Assembly: GCA_963774345.1 (NCBI GenBank)
Contig: CAVZFB010000035.1
Coordinates: 33,915 to 57,914, forward strand
DNA from: an uncultured Alphaproteobacteria bacterium
GTDB taxonomy: Bacteria > Pseudomonadota > Alphaproteobacteria > ATCC43930 > CGMCC-115725
Reading direction: 5' to 3'
DNA length: 24,000 nucleotides
The notes under the pieces were generated by a model. That model saw only the letters and a program-made list of their open reading frames with translations. It was not told the DNA's origin and ran no database searches. Position 1 is the first letter of the stretch. The number at the start of each line of letters is the position of its first letter. A program made the position numbers and the translations under genes. Shown here one piece after another: positions 1-8,658 of this stretch.

Positions 1-530
1 GGGCGGTAAGCGAATACGGCCGCCTCGACGTCGCCTTCAACAATGCCGGCACGATCGCGCTGAACCCGGTCGCGGACGAAACCGAGGAGAATTTCCGCTC
101 AATTGTCGACACCAACGTCAAAGGCGTCTTCGCCTGCCTAAAGTACGAGATCCGGGAGATGCTGAAGACCGGCGGCGGCGCGATCGTCAACACGTCGTCG
201 CTGGCGGGGCTGGTGGGATCTCGCGACCGCAGCCTCTATGCCGCCAGCAAGCACGCGGTGATCGGCCTGACCAAATCAACCGCGCTGGAGGTCGCCGCCC
301 ACGGTATCCGGGTCAACGCCGTCTGTCCGGCGGCGATCGAAGGGGCGATGGACGCGTTGTTCATGGACTACTTCCATCTGACACGGGAACAACTCGCCGC
401 TGCCGTGCCGCTGGGCCGCGCCGGCGCCCCGGATGATGTGGCGGGCGCGGTATTGTTCCTGTGCTCAGCCGACGCCTCGTTCATTACCGGCGCGACGCTG
501 GCGATCGACGGCGGCATGACGGCGCAATGA
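1..530 (+). CDS. SDR family NAD(P)-dependent oxidoreductase, 5'-truncated by window edge
   Basis: Open frame from base 3. Protein shows NNAG, the S...YAASKHAV active-site region, the GIRVNAVCP motif and a C-terminal F(I)TGATLAIDGGMTAQ ending, all typical of classical SDRs. Confidence 0.93.
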   Translation, partial: AVSEYGRLDVAFNNAGTIALNPVADETEENFRSIVDTNVKGVFACLKYEIREMLKTGGGAIVNTSSLAGLVGSRDRSLYAASKHAVIGLTKSTALEVAAHGIRVNAVCPAAIEGAMDALFMDYFHLTREQLAAAVPLGRAGAPDDVAGAVLFLCSADASFITGATLAIDGGMTAQ

Positions 531-540
531 AGAGCCGCGC

Positions 541-1593
541 TCAGCCGCGGTGCTGGCGCTCGACCTGCATGTTGGCGAGAAACGGCACCAGCGGGTGGCC
601 GCCCATCGCAACGATCGCGCGCGTGTCTAATGCGACCAGCGCCTCGCGCTGCGGCGGGGGCAGGCGAAAGCGGTCGGCGTAGGCGCCGGGATCGGCGAGA
701 AAGGCGGCGCGGCTTGCCTCGTCATGGGCGAGGCCTTGGAGCGCCACGGTCAGCTCGACGAGGTCGGGCCTGATCGACGGGTAGTGGGGATCAGGCGGTG
801 GCTCCGGCGGGCTGAACCAGCCGAGCGAGGCGTAATTGTGGTGCCAGCTCGGCTCCAGCGAGACGATGTCGGGTTTGCGCTCGCCAAGCGCGCCGGCGGC
901 GCAGGCCCAGCAGCGCAGTTCGACATTGCCCGAGGCGTCGAGCTCGGCCGCGTCATAGCCGATCAATGATTTGAGGTGGCCGGCGGCGAGCCGGTCGAGC
1001 GCCCGCTGATCCCAGGCGAGATCGGGCTCGGCATAGCGCTCGGTGCCCGGGTAATGCGACATGCCGCCGCTCGCCAGCACCGCCGTCTTCAACCCCATCG
1101 CCGTAACGATCCGCGCCAGGGCCTGGCCAAAGGCATAGCAGCGCTCCATCGTCGGCTGCGGCGGCAGATAGGCGTTGACGTAGATCGGCAGGACCGGGTC
1201 GCTGACATCGAGATGGGTCAGCGGGATGCCGAGCGCGTAGTCGATCTTGGCGACGCTGGTAAAAGCCGGGTCGAACCCCTCGGCGTACATCCGGCGCACG
1301 ATCTCGAAGCCGATCTCGCCCGGCACCCGCCAATCAAACTGGTGGCCGGCGAAGGAGCCCTTGGCTTCGCCGCCGACATGGATCGTGAACGGCGGGGCCG
1401 CGGTATGAAAGAACTGCTCGGCATGGTCGTTGGCAAAGATGACCCACAGATCGGGACGCAGCGCCCGGAACCGAGCACCGATCTCGGCGGCCGCCTGTTT
1501 GACGCGGGCGACCGTGCCTCGGTCCTCGGTTTCCGGCATCGTAAAGAATTGCGGGGCATGGGGCAGCATCGCCCCGCCAATCACGCTTGACAT
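541..1593 (-). CDS. Class III extradiol ring-cleavage dioxygenase, LigB-like catalytic domain with C-terminal LigA-like helical region
   Basis: ORF 541..1629(-). Likely start is MSSVIGGAMLPHAPQFF at 1593, preceded by a purine-rich GAAAGAG. LigB-like features are GGAMLPHAP, IFANDHAEQFF and ASGGMSHYPG. The C-terminal 70 or so aa (LVELTVALQGLAHDEASRAAFLADPGAYADRFRL) resemble the LigA subunit. Confidence 0.85.
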   Translation of the reverse strand: MSSVIGGAMLPHAPQFFTMPETEDRGTVARVKQAAAEIGARFRALRPDLWVIFANDHAEQFFHTAAPPFTIHVGGEAKGSFAGHQFDWRVPGEIGFEIVRRMYAEGFDPAFTSVAKIDYALGIPLTHLDVSDPVLPIYVNAYLPPQPTMERCYAFGQALARIVTAMGLKTAVLASGGMSHYPGTERYAEPDLAWDQRALDRLAAGHLKSLIGYDAAELDASGNVELRCWACAAGALGERKPDIVSLEPSWHHNYASLGWFSPPEPPPDPHYPSIRPDLVELTVALQGLAHDEASRAAFLADPGAYADRFRLPPPQREALVALDTRAIVAMGGHPLVPFLANMQVERQHRG

Positions 1594-1663
1594 CGCAACT
1601 CTTTCACCGGATCGATCGTCGATCGACAATATCGTGGCTCATGCCAGGCTCGCGAGCGCCAAA

Positions 1664-2989
1664 ATGTTGCCCGAGGAAACGCCCCAAATGCCGCCAGCCG
1701 CCGACGATCCGCAGAGCGATCGGGTCAGCGCCGACCTCCCCGCAGGCCCATCCGCAGATGCAGCCCCGGATGCGCCGCCGAGCGTCGCAAGCGAGCCCGA
1801 GGGGAGAAGCGAAGCCTCGCCCGGTGAACAGCTGCGCCGTCGCCGGCGACGTCGGCGACGACGCCCGCCCAGTGAGGCAAACCCTGCGACGGGCGGAGAC
1901 CCTGCGGTGATATCGGCCGATGAAGCGCCGTCAGGCGCGAATGCCACCGTCGTCGATCTGGGAGGCGGCGACGGCAGCGGCGAGGCAGGCTCGACGCCGG
2001 GTACGGCAGCATATACGGCCGGCGATCGCCTGCCCCGCCGGCGGCGGCGTCGGCACCGTCCGCTGCCCCATGGTTTGGGATCCGCGCTGCCGCCGGCCGA
2101 TCGCGATGCGGCGACACAGAACGCAACAGGTGACGGCTCTCAGCCGGAGAGGACGGCTAACGAGGAAGCTGGCGCAGCCGCGGCCACGCCCTACGGCGCG
2201 GGTGGTACGACAGGTTATCTCCGGCTGCCGGTGCGACGCCGGCGTCGGCTTCCGCGACCGCCGGGCCTGCAACGCGGAACGGCGGAGGTGGCGCCACCAA
2301 ACGGGGATACGCCCGCGGGCGACACCGCGACTGACGCGCCGCGTGCGGAAGGCGAGTTCCCGCCCCGCCGGCGCCGGCGACGCCCACCCCCGCGTGTCGG
2401 CGAAGCTGTGCCGGCCGGCCAAGACCAATCAGCCGACGGCGCGCGGCGGGATACCCCTCGACCGCCGTACGGCCGGGAACCCCACCGCCGCCCTGGCGAG
2501 GAAGGGTCACGCGACGGTCAACCCCAGCGATTTGGGGAGACGCCCTATCGCGAGCGCGGCCGTGGACCGCGTGATGGGGACAGCAGCGGCCCACGCGGCC
2601 GCGAACGCGGCGACCGCAACGACCGCGGCAGGGGCCCGGGCGGCCCGAGAGATGGGCAGCGCGGGCGGGGACGCGACGCGCCGGCAAGGCGCGTCGAGCA
2701 GAAGCTCTATACGTTAGAATCGATGGTCGATCGCGGTTTCGAGGATGTCTCCGACGAGGCCGAGGATAGCGGGACCCGGCGGGTTCACTGGACGATCATC
2801 AAGCGATCGATCGCCGACCAGAGGAGCGGCAAGGCGATGTCGACCACATATGTCTTGCAGCGTGAAAACGCCGAGACCGAGTTTCCCAATCTCGGGGCCG
2901 CCCGCGCTGCCGCCAACAAGACCATCGTCCACCCGGAAAAGCTGACGATGTCAAAGGCAGAACACGTCGCCGCCAAAAACAGCAAGTGA
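1664..2989 (+). CDS. Hypothetical Arg/Pro/Gly-rich, probably largely disordered protein with repeated poly-Arg blocks and a distinct C-terminal segment
   Basis: Long open frame. Upstream starts (ORF from 1430) overlap the antisense dioxygenase, so the in-frame ATG at 1664 (MLPEETPQMPP...) is preferred. C-terminus VHWTIIKRSIADQRSGKAMSTTYVLQRENAETEFPNLGAARAAANKTIVHPEKLTMSKAEHVAAKNSK is not low complexity. Confidence 0.7.
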   Translation: MLPEETPQMPPAADDPQSDRVSADLPAGPSADAAPDAPPSVASEPEGRSEASPGEQLRRRRRRRRRRPPSEANPATGGDPAVISADEAPSGANATVVDLGGGDGSGEAGSTPGTAAYTAGDRLPRRRRRRHRPLPHGLGSALPPADRDAATQNATGDGSQPERTANEEAGAAAATPYGAGGTTGYLRLPVRRRRRLPRPPGLQRGTAEVAPPNGDTPAGDTATDAPRAEGEFPPRRRRRRPPPRVGEAVPAGQDQSADGARRDTPRPPYGREPHRRPGEEGSRDGQPQRFGETPYRERGRGPRDGDSSGPRGRERGDRNDRGRGPGGPRDGQRGRGRDAPARRVEQKLYTLESMVDRGFEDVSDEAEDSGTRRVHWTIIKRSIADQRSGKAMSTTYVLQRENAETEFPNLGAARAAANKTIVHPEKLTMSKAEHVAAKNSK

Positions 2990-3026
2990 GCTGAGCACCC
3001 CCGCGGCGGCCCAGCTGTCGGCGGCG

Positions 3027-3428
3027 CTATTCGGCGGCGCTGCGCTCCCGCATTTTCTGGTACCGCCCCTGCGGCACGATTTCGGCGACGGTGCCGTCGG
3101 GCGAGCGGTATTTGATCGGGATCTCGCCGGGCTTGGACAGGATCGTCCCGCCATTGGCGACAACCTTCTCGGCGAAGCCCTCGTGGTCCTCGACTTCGAT
3201 GCCGAAATGGTGGATCGCCGGGCCAGGGCCGACCATCTTGGCCTCGGCGTCGTCCTCGCTGTCATAGACCATCAATGCCAGATCGATATAGCCGTCGGTC
3301 ATGTGCCGCGAGATGTGCCCGCGCGACCGGCCCGTCCCGACCTGGCGGAAGCCATATACATTCTCATAGAACCGGGTCGCTTTTTCGAGGTCGGTCACCT
3401 TCAGCGCGACGTGGTTGATCCGTGCCAT
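3027..3428 (-). CDS. VOC (glyoxalase/bleomycin resistance/dioxygenase) superfamily protein
   Basis: Protein MARINHVALKVTDLEKATRFYENVYGFRQVG...DLALMVYD...IHHFGIEVEDHEGFAEKVVANGG...KYRSPDGTVAEIV. Strong AGGAAAG ribosome-binding site just upstream of the ATG at 3428. Confidence 0.9.
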   Translation of the reverse strand: MARINHVALKVTDLEKATRFYENVYGFRQVGTGRSRGHISRHMTDGYIDLALMVYDSEDDAEAKMVGPGPAIHHFGIEVEDHEGFAEKVVANGGTILSKPGEIPIKYRSPDGTVAEIVPQGRYQKMRERSAAE

Positions 3429-3438
3429 TACCTTTCTC

Positions 3439-4701
3439 CTATTCGCTGCCGCCGTCGTAGGGCGCCACAACCGTCCCGGTCCGGTATTGTGAGGGCTCGA
3501 GGATCACCTCGGTTTTGGTATCCTTGAACTGGTCGAGGCTGTTGCTTTTGATGTTCTGCCACTGCACTTCGAGCACCCGGGACTTCGACCATTCACCGTC
3601 CTTGCCGAAGGTGATGTCGCCGACGATGGTCTTGAACGGATGACTGCGGATGTAGTCGGCGACCTTGTCTTGGTCGACGCTGTTGGCGCCGGTGATCGCG
3701 TCACCCAGCACCTGCAGATCGGCATAAGCGAACGGCGGCAGATACCACCCCACCGGATCAACCCCGGCCTTACCGGCTTTCGACTGGTATTCCTTCAGGA
3801 AATCGAGGATCCCGGGGAACTGCATCGTCTGCGCCGGGATCCAGAAATCGTAATCGATAATGTTGTTGAGCTTGGGTCCGAACTGCTTTTTGATCGGTGT
3901 AAATTGCAGTCCGACCATGCCGCCGCCGAAGAAACGGGTCTTGAGCCCCAATTCGGTCGCGGCGCGCAGCATCCCGACCGAGCCCGGCGGGTAGGAAGCG
4001 ACATACACCATGTCAGGGTTGGTGGCCTGAATGGCATGGACGATCGGGGTGAAATCGGGCGTGCCTGGCGGATAGGTCTTGTCGTAAACGAGCTGGAGCC
4101 CGTTTTGCTTGACGATGTCACGAATGCCCTCCGAGGCGTGTCTCGGGAACTCGGAATCCTCGGCGAGCAGAGCTAGGGTCTTCGGTTTCGGGTTGGCTGC
4201 CAGCGCAACATCGAAGAACGGCTGGGCGTTGGCATGCTTAGGGTCGGGCCCCATCGGGAGCATCGAGAAATATTTCGGATAGTGGAACTCGCTGTTGACC
4301 GCGAGCCCGAACAGGCCGAGGAACACCTTGTCATGCGCAATCGCGATCGGCATCGCTGGCGCGATCTGGTTGGTGCCGTAGCCCGAAATGATGAAGTCGA
4401 CTTTGTCGACGTCGAGCATCTTGGTGTAGATGCCCGGCACCGTTGCCGGGTTTGACTGGTCGTCGTAGTAGATCAGCTTGACCGGCCGGCCCAGCAGGCC
4501 GCCCTTGGCGTTGATCTGGTCCTGCCAGATCTGCATCGCCAGCAAGGCCGATTTGCCGCCACCGGCGAGCCCTCCGGTCAGCGCCATGCCGAGGCCGATC
4601 GTGATCGGCTCCGCCGCCTGTATTGCACCCGATACCAGCACGCACGCAGCCAACCCCGCAGCTGCGCCGCCGATCACATGACGAATCTTCTGCCGAAACA
4701 T
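3439..4701 (-). CDS. Branched-chain amino acid/amide-type ABC transporter substrate-binding protein (periplasmic binding protein type 1, LivJ-like)
   Basis: Start MFRQKIRHVIGGAAAGLAACVLVSGAIQAAEPITIGLGMALTGGLAGGGKSALLAMQIWQDQINAKGGLLGRPVKLIYYDDQSNP, that is, a signal peptide followed by the typical mature N-terminus. The longer ORF start (4764) lacks support. Confidence 0.93.
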   Translation of the reverse strand: MFRQKIRHVIGGAAAGLAACVLVSGAIQAAEPITIGLGMALTGGLAGGGKSALLAMQIWQDQINAKGGLLGRPVKLIYYDDQSNPATVPGIYTKMLDVDKVDFIISGYGTNQIAPAMPIAIAHDKVFLGLFGLAVNSEFHYPKYFSMLPMGPDPKHANAQPFFDVALAANPKPKTLALLAEDSEFPRHASEGIRDIVKQNGLQLVYDKTYPPGTPDFTPIVHAIQATNPDMVYVASYPPGSVGMLRAATELGLKTRFFGGGMVGLQFTPIKKQFGPKLNNIIDYDFWIPAQTMQFPGILDFLKEYQSKAGKAGVDPVGWYLPPFAYADLQVLGDAITGANSVDQDKVADYIRSHPFKTIVGDITFGKDGEWSKSRVLEVQWQNIKSNSLDQFKDTKTEVILEPSQYRTGTVVAPYDGGSE

Positions 4702-4732
4702 CTGCTTCCCTCCCCGTTTGCCTGTTCCGCGC

Positions 4733-5773
4733 TTAGCCGCTCGCGCCGACAAAGCGATAGACACCGTCGGAACCGAGCACGCGGTCGAGCGCGCCCTGCG
4801 CCATCAAATAATGCAGGTGGGCGAGAGCCTCGCCAAGCGCAAACGCCGTCTGGTGCTGATCGAGCGGACGACGGAACAACAGCGGCAGCAGATCCACCGC
4901 GCTCTGCGGGGCGACGCACGCGCTCAGGATCTCCTTGCACCGCGCCTGGTGGTGCGCGGCGAGCGCGTCGATGCGCGCATGCAGACCGAAAAAAGGCAAA
5001 TTATGCGACGGCAATACCAGGACTTCGGGCGGAACCGCGGCCCGTAACTTGGCGAGCGAGGCGAGATAGCGCGCCAGCGGGTCGCCGTCAGGTTCGTGCG
5101 CCTGGACCGAGACGTTTGGCGAGATCTTGGGCAATACCTGGTCACCCGAGATCAACACGCCCGCTTCGGCGCAATAGAGACAGGCCAGTTCGGGGGCGTG
5201 GCCCTCGCCGACGATAACCCGCCATTCCCGCCCGCCGATCGCCACACTCATCCCATCGGCGAGCCGTTCGAACGAGGGCGGCACCGAGGGCACGCCGCGA
5301 CGATACCCCTTTCCATGCTCGCCGAAGAGCTCGCTCGACGCGACGTCGAGCCCGGCGCGGCGGGCAAATTCGCGGCGCGAGGGCGCGAAGTCGTCGCTCT
5401 CGCGGCTCATCACCCGGGCATGAAGCCACTCTTTTTCGGTGGTCCACAATCGCACCCGCCAGCGCTCGCACAGCCAGCCGGCGAGCCCGATATGGTCGGG
5501 ATGGTAATGGGTGACGATGACCCTGGTGACTGGCCGCCCACCCAACTGCTCGGCAAAGATTCGCTCCCATAACGCCCTGCTCTCGGGCATCGCATAGCCG
5601 GTATCGACGATCGTCCAGCCGTCGCCGTCCGCGACCAGCCACAGGTTGATGTGATCGAGCGCAAAGGGCAGCGGCATCCGCAACCACAGCACTCCGGGCG
5701 CGATCGCCACGGTCTCGCTCGGCATGGGCGGGTTGGCAACCGGAAAGCGCAGCGGGGCGAAACTTCCATCCAT
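4733..5773 (-). CDS. MBL-fold metallo-hydrolase
   Basis: 346 aa. Metal-binding motif THYHPDHIGLAG, plus VDTGY and a later GHAPELACLYC...LISGDQVLPKISPNVSV. Confidence 0.93.
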   Translation of the reverse strand: MDGSFAPLRFPVANPPMPSETVAIAPGVLWLRMPLPFALDHINLWLVADGDGWTIVDTGYAMPESRALWERIFAEQLGGRPVTRVIVTHYHPDHIGLAGWLCERWRVRLWTTEKEWLHARVMSRESDDFAPSRREFARRAGLDVASSELFGEHGKGYRRGVPSVPPSFERLADGMSVAIGGREWRVIVGEGHAPELACLYCAEAGVLISGDQVLPKISPNVSVQAHEPDGDPLARYLASLAKLRAAVPPEVLVLPSHNLPFFGLHARIDALAAHHQARCKEILSACVAPQSAVDLLPLLFRRPLDQHQTAFALGEALAHLHYLMAQGALDRVLGSDGVYRFVGASG

Positions 5774-5845
5774 GATCGGTTTTATTCCCGGGTCGCGAAT
5801 TGACGCCTAGGGTAAGACCGTGCATTAGTCCTGGGCAAGCGGCGA

Positions 5846-5877
5846 GCCCGCCGGTCAGCATTGCTGCGCCGGCGGGC
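5846..5877. promoter_or_regulatory. Strong GC-rich hairpin in the 132-bp divergent intergenic region, about 28 nt upstream of the ggt ATG
   Basis: gcccgccgg (5846-5854) pairs perfectly with ccggcgggc (5869-5877). Nested between them is cagc-att-gctg (5856-5866). Function unknown. Confidence 0.45.
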
Positions 5878-5905
5878 GCTTTGCACTTCGGGCGAGGATG
5901 GGGCG

Positions 5906-7487
5906 ATGCGCGACTTCAATATTCCCGGACGCTCGGCGGCAATGGCGGCGAACGGGATGGCGGCGACCTCGGCCCCGATGGCGACATTGACGGCACTCGA
6001 CGTGCTGCGGTCGGGCGGCAACGCCGCCGACGCCGCGATTGCCGCAGTCGCCATGCAATGCGTCGTCGAGCCGCAAAGCACCGGGATCGGCGGCGATTGT
6101 TTTGTTCTCTATTCGCGCGGTGGCGCGCTTCCGGTCGCACTCAACGGCTCGGGACGGGCGCCGGCCAAAGCCAAGGTCGAATGGTATGTCGAGCACGGCA
6201 TTCACGAAATCGCAGGTTCCCACACCGCATGCCGTAACCATCCCCGGCGCCGTCGACGCCTGGTGCATGTTCAACCGCGAGTACGGTACGCGACCGCTCG
6301 CCGAATTGCTCGAGCCGGCGGCGCGGGCGGCCGAAGCGGGTTACGTCGTGAACCCCCGCGTCGCCGCCGATTGGCGGCGCAACCAGGCGAAATTGCGCGA
6401 TCCGGTGACCGCCGCATTGTTCCTGCCTGGCGGCAAGCCGCCCCAGGCCGGGGACCGGATGGCGAACCCGCCGCTCGCCGCCACCTTGCGCCGGATCGGC
6501 CGCGAGGGTCGGGAGGCCTTTTACGACGGCGCCGTTATGCGGGACATCGTCACTCGCCTGAAATCGCTCGGCGGATTGCACGAGGAGGAGGATTTCGCGG
6601 CGCAGCACTCAAACTGGGTCGAGCCGATCACTGCCCCCTATCGCGGCTATGATGTCTATGAGTGCCCACCGAATGGGCAGGGCATGGCGGCGCTGATGAT
6701 CCTGCGCACGCTCGAAGGCTATGCACTTGGCGGCGACGGATTCAGCGAGGCTGACCGCCTGCATCTGCTCGCCGAGGCGAACAAGGCGGCCTATTGGGTG
6801 CGCGACAATTTCATCGGCGATCCCGATCATGTCTCGGTCGACGTGGCGGAATATCTGTCGGAGGCCAGGGCGGAGAAGACGCGCCGCACGATCCGGCTCG
6901 ATCGTGCATTGCCGGGGCCGCATTGGGCCGAGATCGAGCAGAAGGACACGGTCTATCTCTGCGTCGTCGACCGCGACGGCAATGCCTGCTCGTTTATCAA
7001 CTCGCTATTCTCGGGTTTCGGCAGCGGGATCGTGGCGCCCGAAAGCGGCGTGTTGCTGCACAACCGCGGCACCGGGTTCCGCACCATCCCCGGCCATCCC
7101 AATGCGATCGCGCCGCGCAAGCGCCCTTTGCACACGATCATTCCCGGAATGCTGGTCAAGGACGGCCGCGCGGTGATGCCGTTTGGCGTGATGGGCGGGC
7201 ACTACCAGTCGGTCGGCCATGCGCATTTCCTGCACCGCATGCTCGACCGCGGCCTGGACCCGCAGCAAGCCGCCGAGCAGCCGCGCATCCTCGCACTTAA
7301 CGGCGTCTTACAGGTCGAGCAGGCGGTTCCCGAGCCGATCGTGGCCGACCTTGCGCGCCGCGGCCACAAAATCGCGGTACAGGAGGTGCCACTCGGGGGT
7401 TGCCAGGCGATCTGGATCGACCATCAGCGCGGCGTCCTGATCGGCGGGTCGGAGCCTCGCAAGGACGGCCTCGCGCTCGGCTATTGA
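5906..7487 (+). CDS. ggt: Gamma-glutamyltransferase (gamma-glutamyltranspeptidase) family protein, interrupted by an apparent single-base frameshift near 6213
   Basis: N-terminal half is in the frame of 5906: MRDFNIPGRSAAMAANGMAATSAPMATLTALDVLRSGGNAADAAIAAVAMQCVVEPQSTGIGGDCFVLYS...EWYVEHGIHEI. The rest is in the frame of ORF 6039..7487: SQVPTPHAVTIPGAVDAW...DTVYLCVVDRDGNACSFINS...SGVLLHNRGTGF. Both are canonical GGT segments and join collinearly. Confidence 0.88.
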
Positions 7488-8308
7488 CGCACGGGATCGC
7501 CGAAATCGGCTTTGCCCGCCGCGACGGGGTCACCCGCCTCGCCCATCTTTATCAGGCCGACCCGCTGCGCGTGCTGTTCCCGACTCCGGAAGCGGATGAT
7601 CCGATCCAGGCAGCGCTCGTCACAACTTCGGGCGGGCTGGTCGCCGGCGACAGAATCGACATCGCCGTTTGCGTCGATCCCCGGGCGAGCGCCCATGTCA
7701 CGGCCTCGGCGGCGGAGAAGATCTATCGCTCGACCGGCGTGACGACGGTGGTGCGGCAAGCGCTGACGGTGGGCGACGGCGGCGCACTCGAATTCCTGCC
7801 GCCCGAGACGATCCTGTTCGACGGCGCGCGTCTCGAGCGGGAGAGTGTGATCGAGCTTGCGCCCGATGCTGCGTTCCTTGGCGGCGACATCGTGGTTTTT
7901 GGCCGCCGCGCCCGCGGTGAACGCTTCACCCACGGATTTCTGCGCGATGTCTGGGAGGTTCGGTGCGAAGGCTGCCTCGTTTGGGGCGATGCGCTCCATC
8001 TCGACGGCGATATCGCCGCGATCGTTGCCGATCCCGCCTGCTTCGACGGCGCTGCGGGTTTCGCCACCCTGATGCTGGCGCCCGCTGGTCGCGATCCGCA
8101 GAAATTTGTCGATGGCGCGCGCGCGGTCCAGGCAGCCGCGCCAGAGGGGGTCAGGGCTGGCGTTACCGCGATCGCCGGTCTTGTCCTCGCCCGCTGGCTG
8201 GCCACCGACGCGGCCCTGCTGCGACGCGCCTATGCCGATCTCGCTTGCCATTTGCGTTGCGAGGCGATGGGATTGCCCGGCCGCCTGCCGCGGATTTGGC
8301 ACGTATGA
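7484..8308 (+). CDS. ureD: Urease accessory protein UreD
   Basis: Homology-like segments: [76 protein letters not shown] start at 7484 overlaps the ggt stop (ATTGA). The ATG-like start at 7400 in the ORF track is inside ggt. Confidence 0.92.
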   Translation: MTHGIAEIGFARRDGVTRLAHLYQADPLRVLFPTPEADDPIQAALVTTSGGLVAGDRIDIAVCVDPRASAHVTASAAEKIYRSTGVTTVVRQALTVGDGGALEFLPPETILFDGARLERESVIELAPDAAFLGGDIVVFGRRARGERFTHGFLRDVWEVRCEGCLVWGDALHLDGDIAAIVADPACFDGAAGFATLMLAPAGRDPQKFVDGARAVQAAAPEGVRAGVTAIAGLVLARWLATDAALLRRAYADLACHLRCEAMGLPGRLPRIWHV

Positions 8309-8327
8309 TGCTGGGTTATCAGATGCG

Positions 8328-8630
8328 ATGAACCTGACCCCGCACGAAAAGGACAAGCTGCTGATATCGGTCGCGGCGATGGTTGCCGAGCGCCGGCTGA
8401 GGCGCGGCGTCAAGCTCAACTACCCTGAGGCAATAGCACTGATCACCGATTACGTGCTCGAAGGCGCGCGTGATGGCAGGAGCGTCGCCGAGCTGATGCG
8501 CGACGGCGCGACCGTGATCGGCCGCGAGCAGGTCATGGAGGGGGTAGCGGAGATGATCGGGGAAATTCAGGTCGAGGCGACCTTTCCCGACGGCACTAAG
8601 CTCGTCACCGTCCACGAGCCGATCCGGTGA
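8328..8630 (+). CDS. ureA: Urease subunit gamma
   Basis: [99 protein letters not shown] is a canonical 100-aa UreA. Confidence 0.97.
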   Translation: MNLTPHEKDKLLISVAAMVAERRLRRGVKLNYPEAIALITDYVLEGARDGRSVAELMRDGATVIGREQVMEGVAEMIGEIQVEATFPDGTKLVTVHEPIR

Positions 8631-8658
8631 GTTGGATATTGATCCAAGCGTTTTTTGT

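Noticed and set aside
1610-1628. gatcgatc and gtcgatcgac short palindromes between dioxygenase and Arg-rich gene
   Set aside because: Very short and composed of common GATC/CGATCG words in high-GC genomes; insufficient to call an operator.
1835-1864. Poly-Arg tract as evidence for an RNase E-like protein
   Set aside because: RNase E also has Arg-rich tracts, but no S1 or catalytic RNase E segments occur in this frame.
6195-6225. Programmed ribosomal frameshifting as an explanation for ggt
   Set aside because: No slippery heptamer or obvious downstream structure at acgaaatcgcaggttccc; indel or sequencing error is simpler.
7481-8419. 312-aa minus-strand ORF opposite ureD
   Set aside because: Antisense to ureD, whose protein features are clear. 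No motifs in the shadow product.
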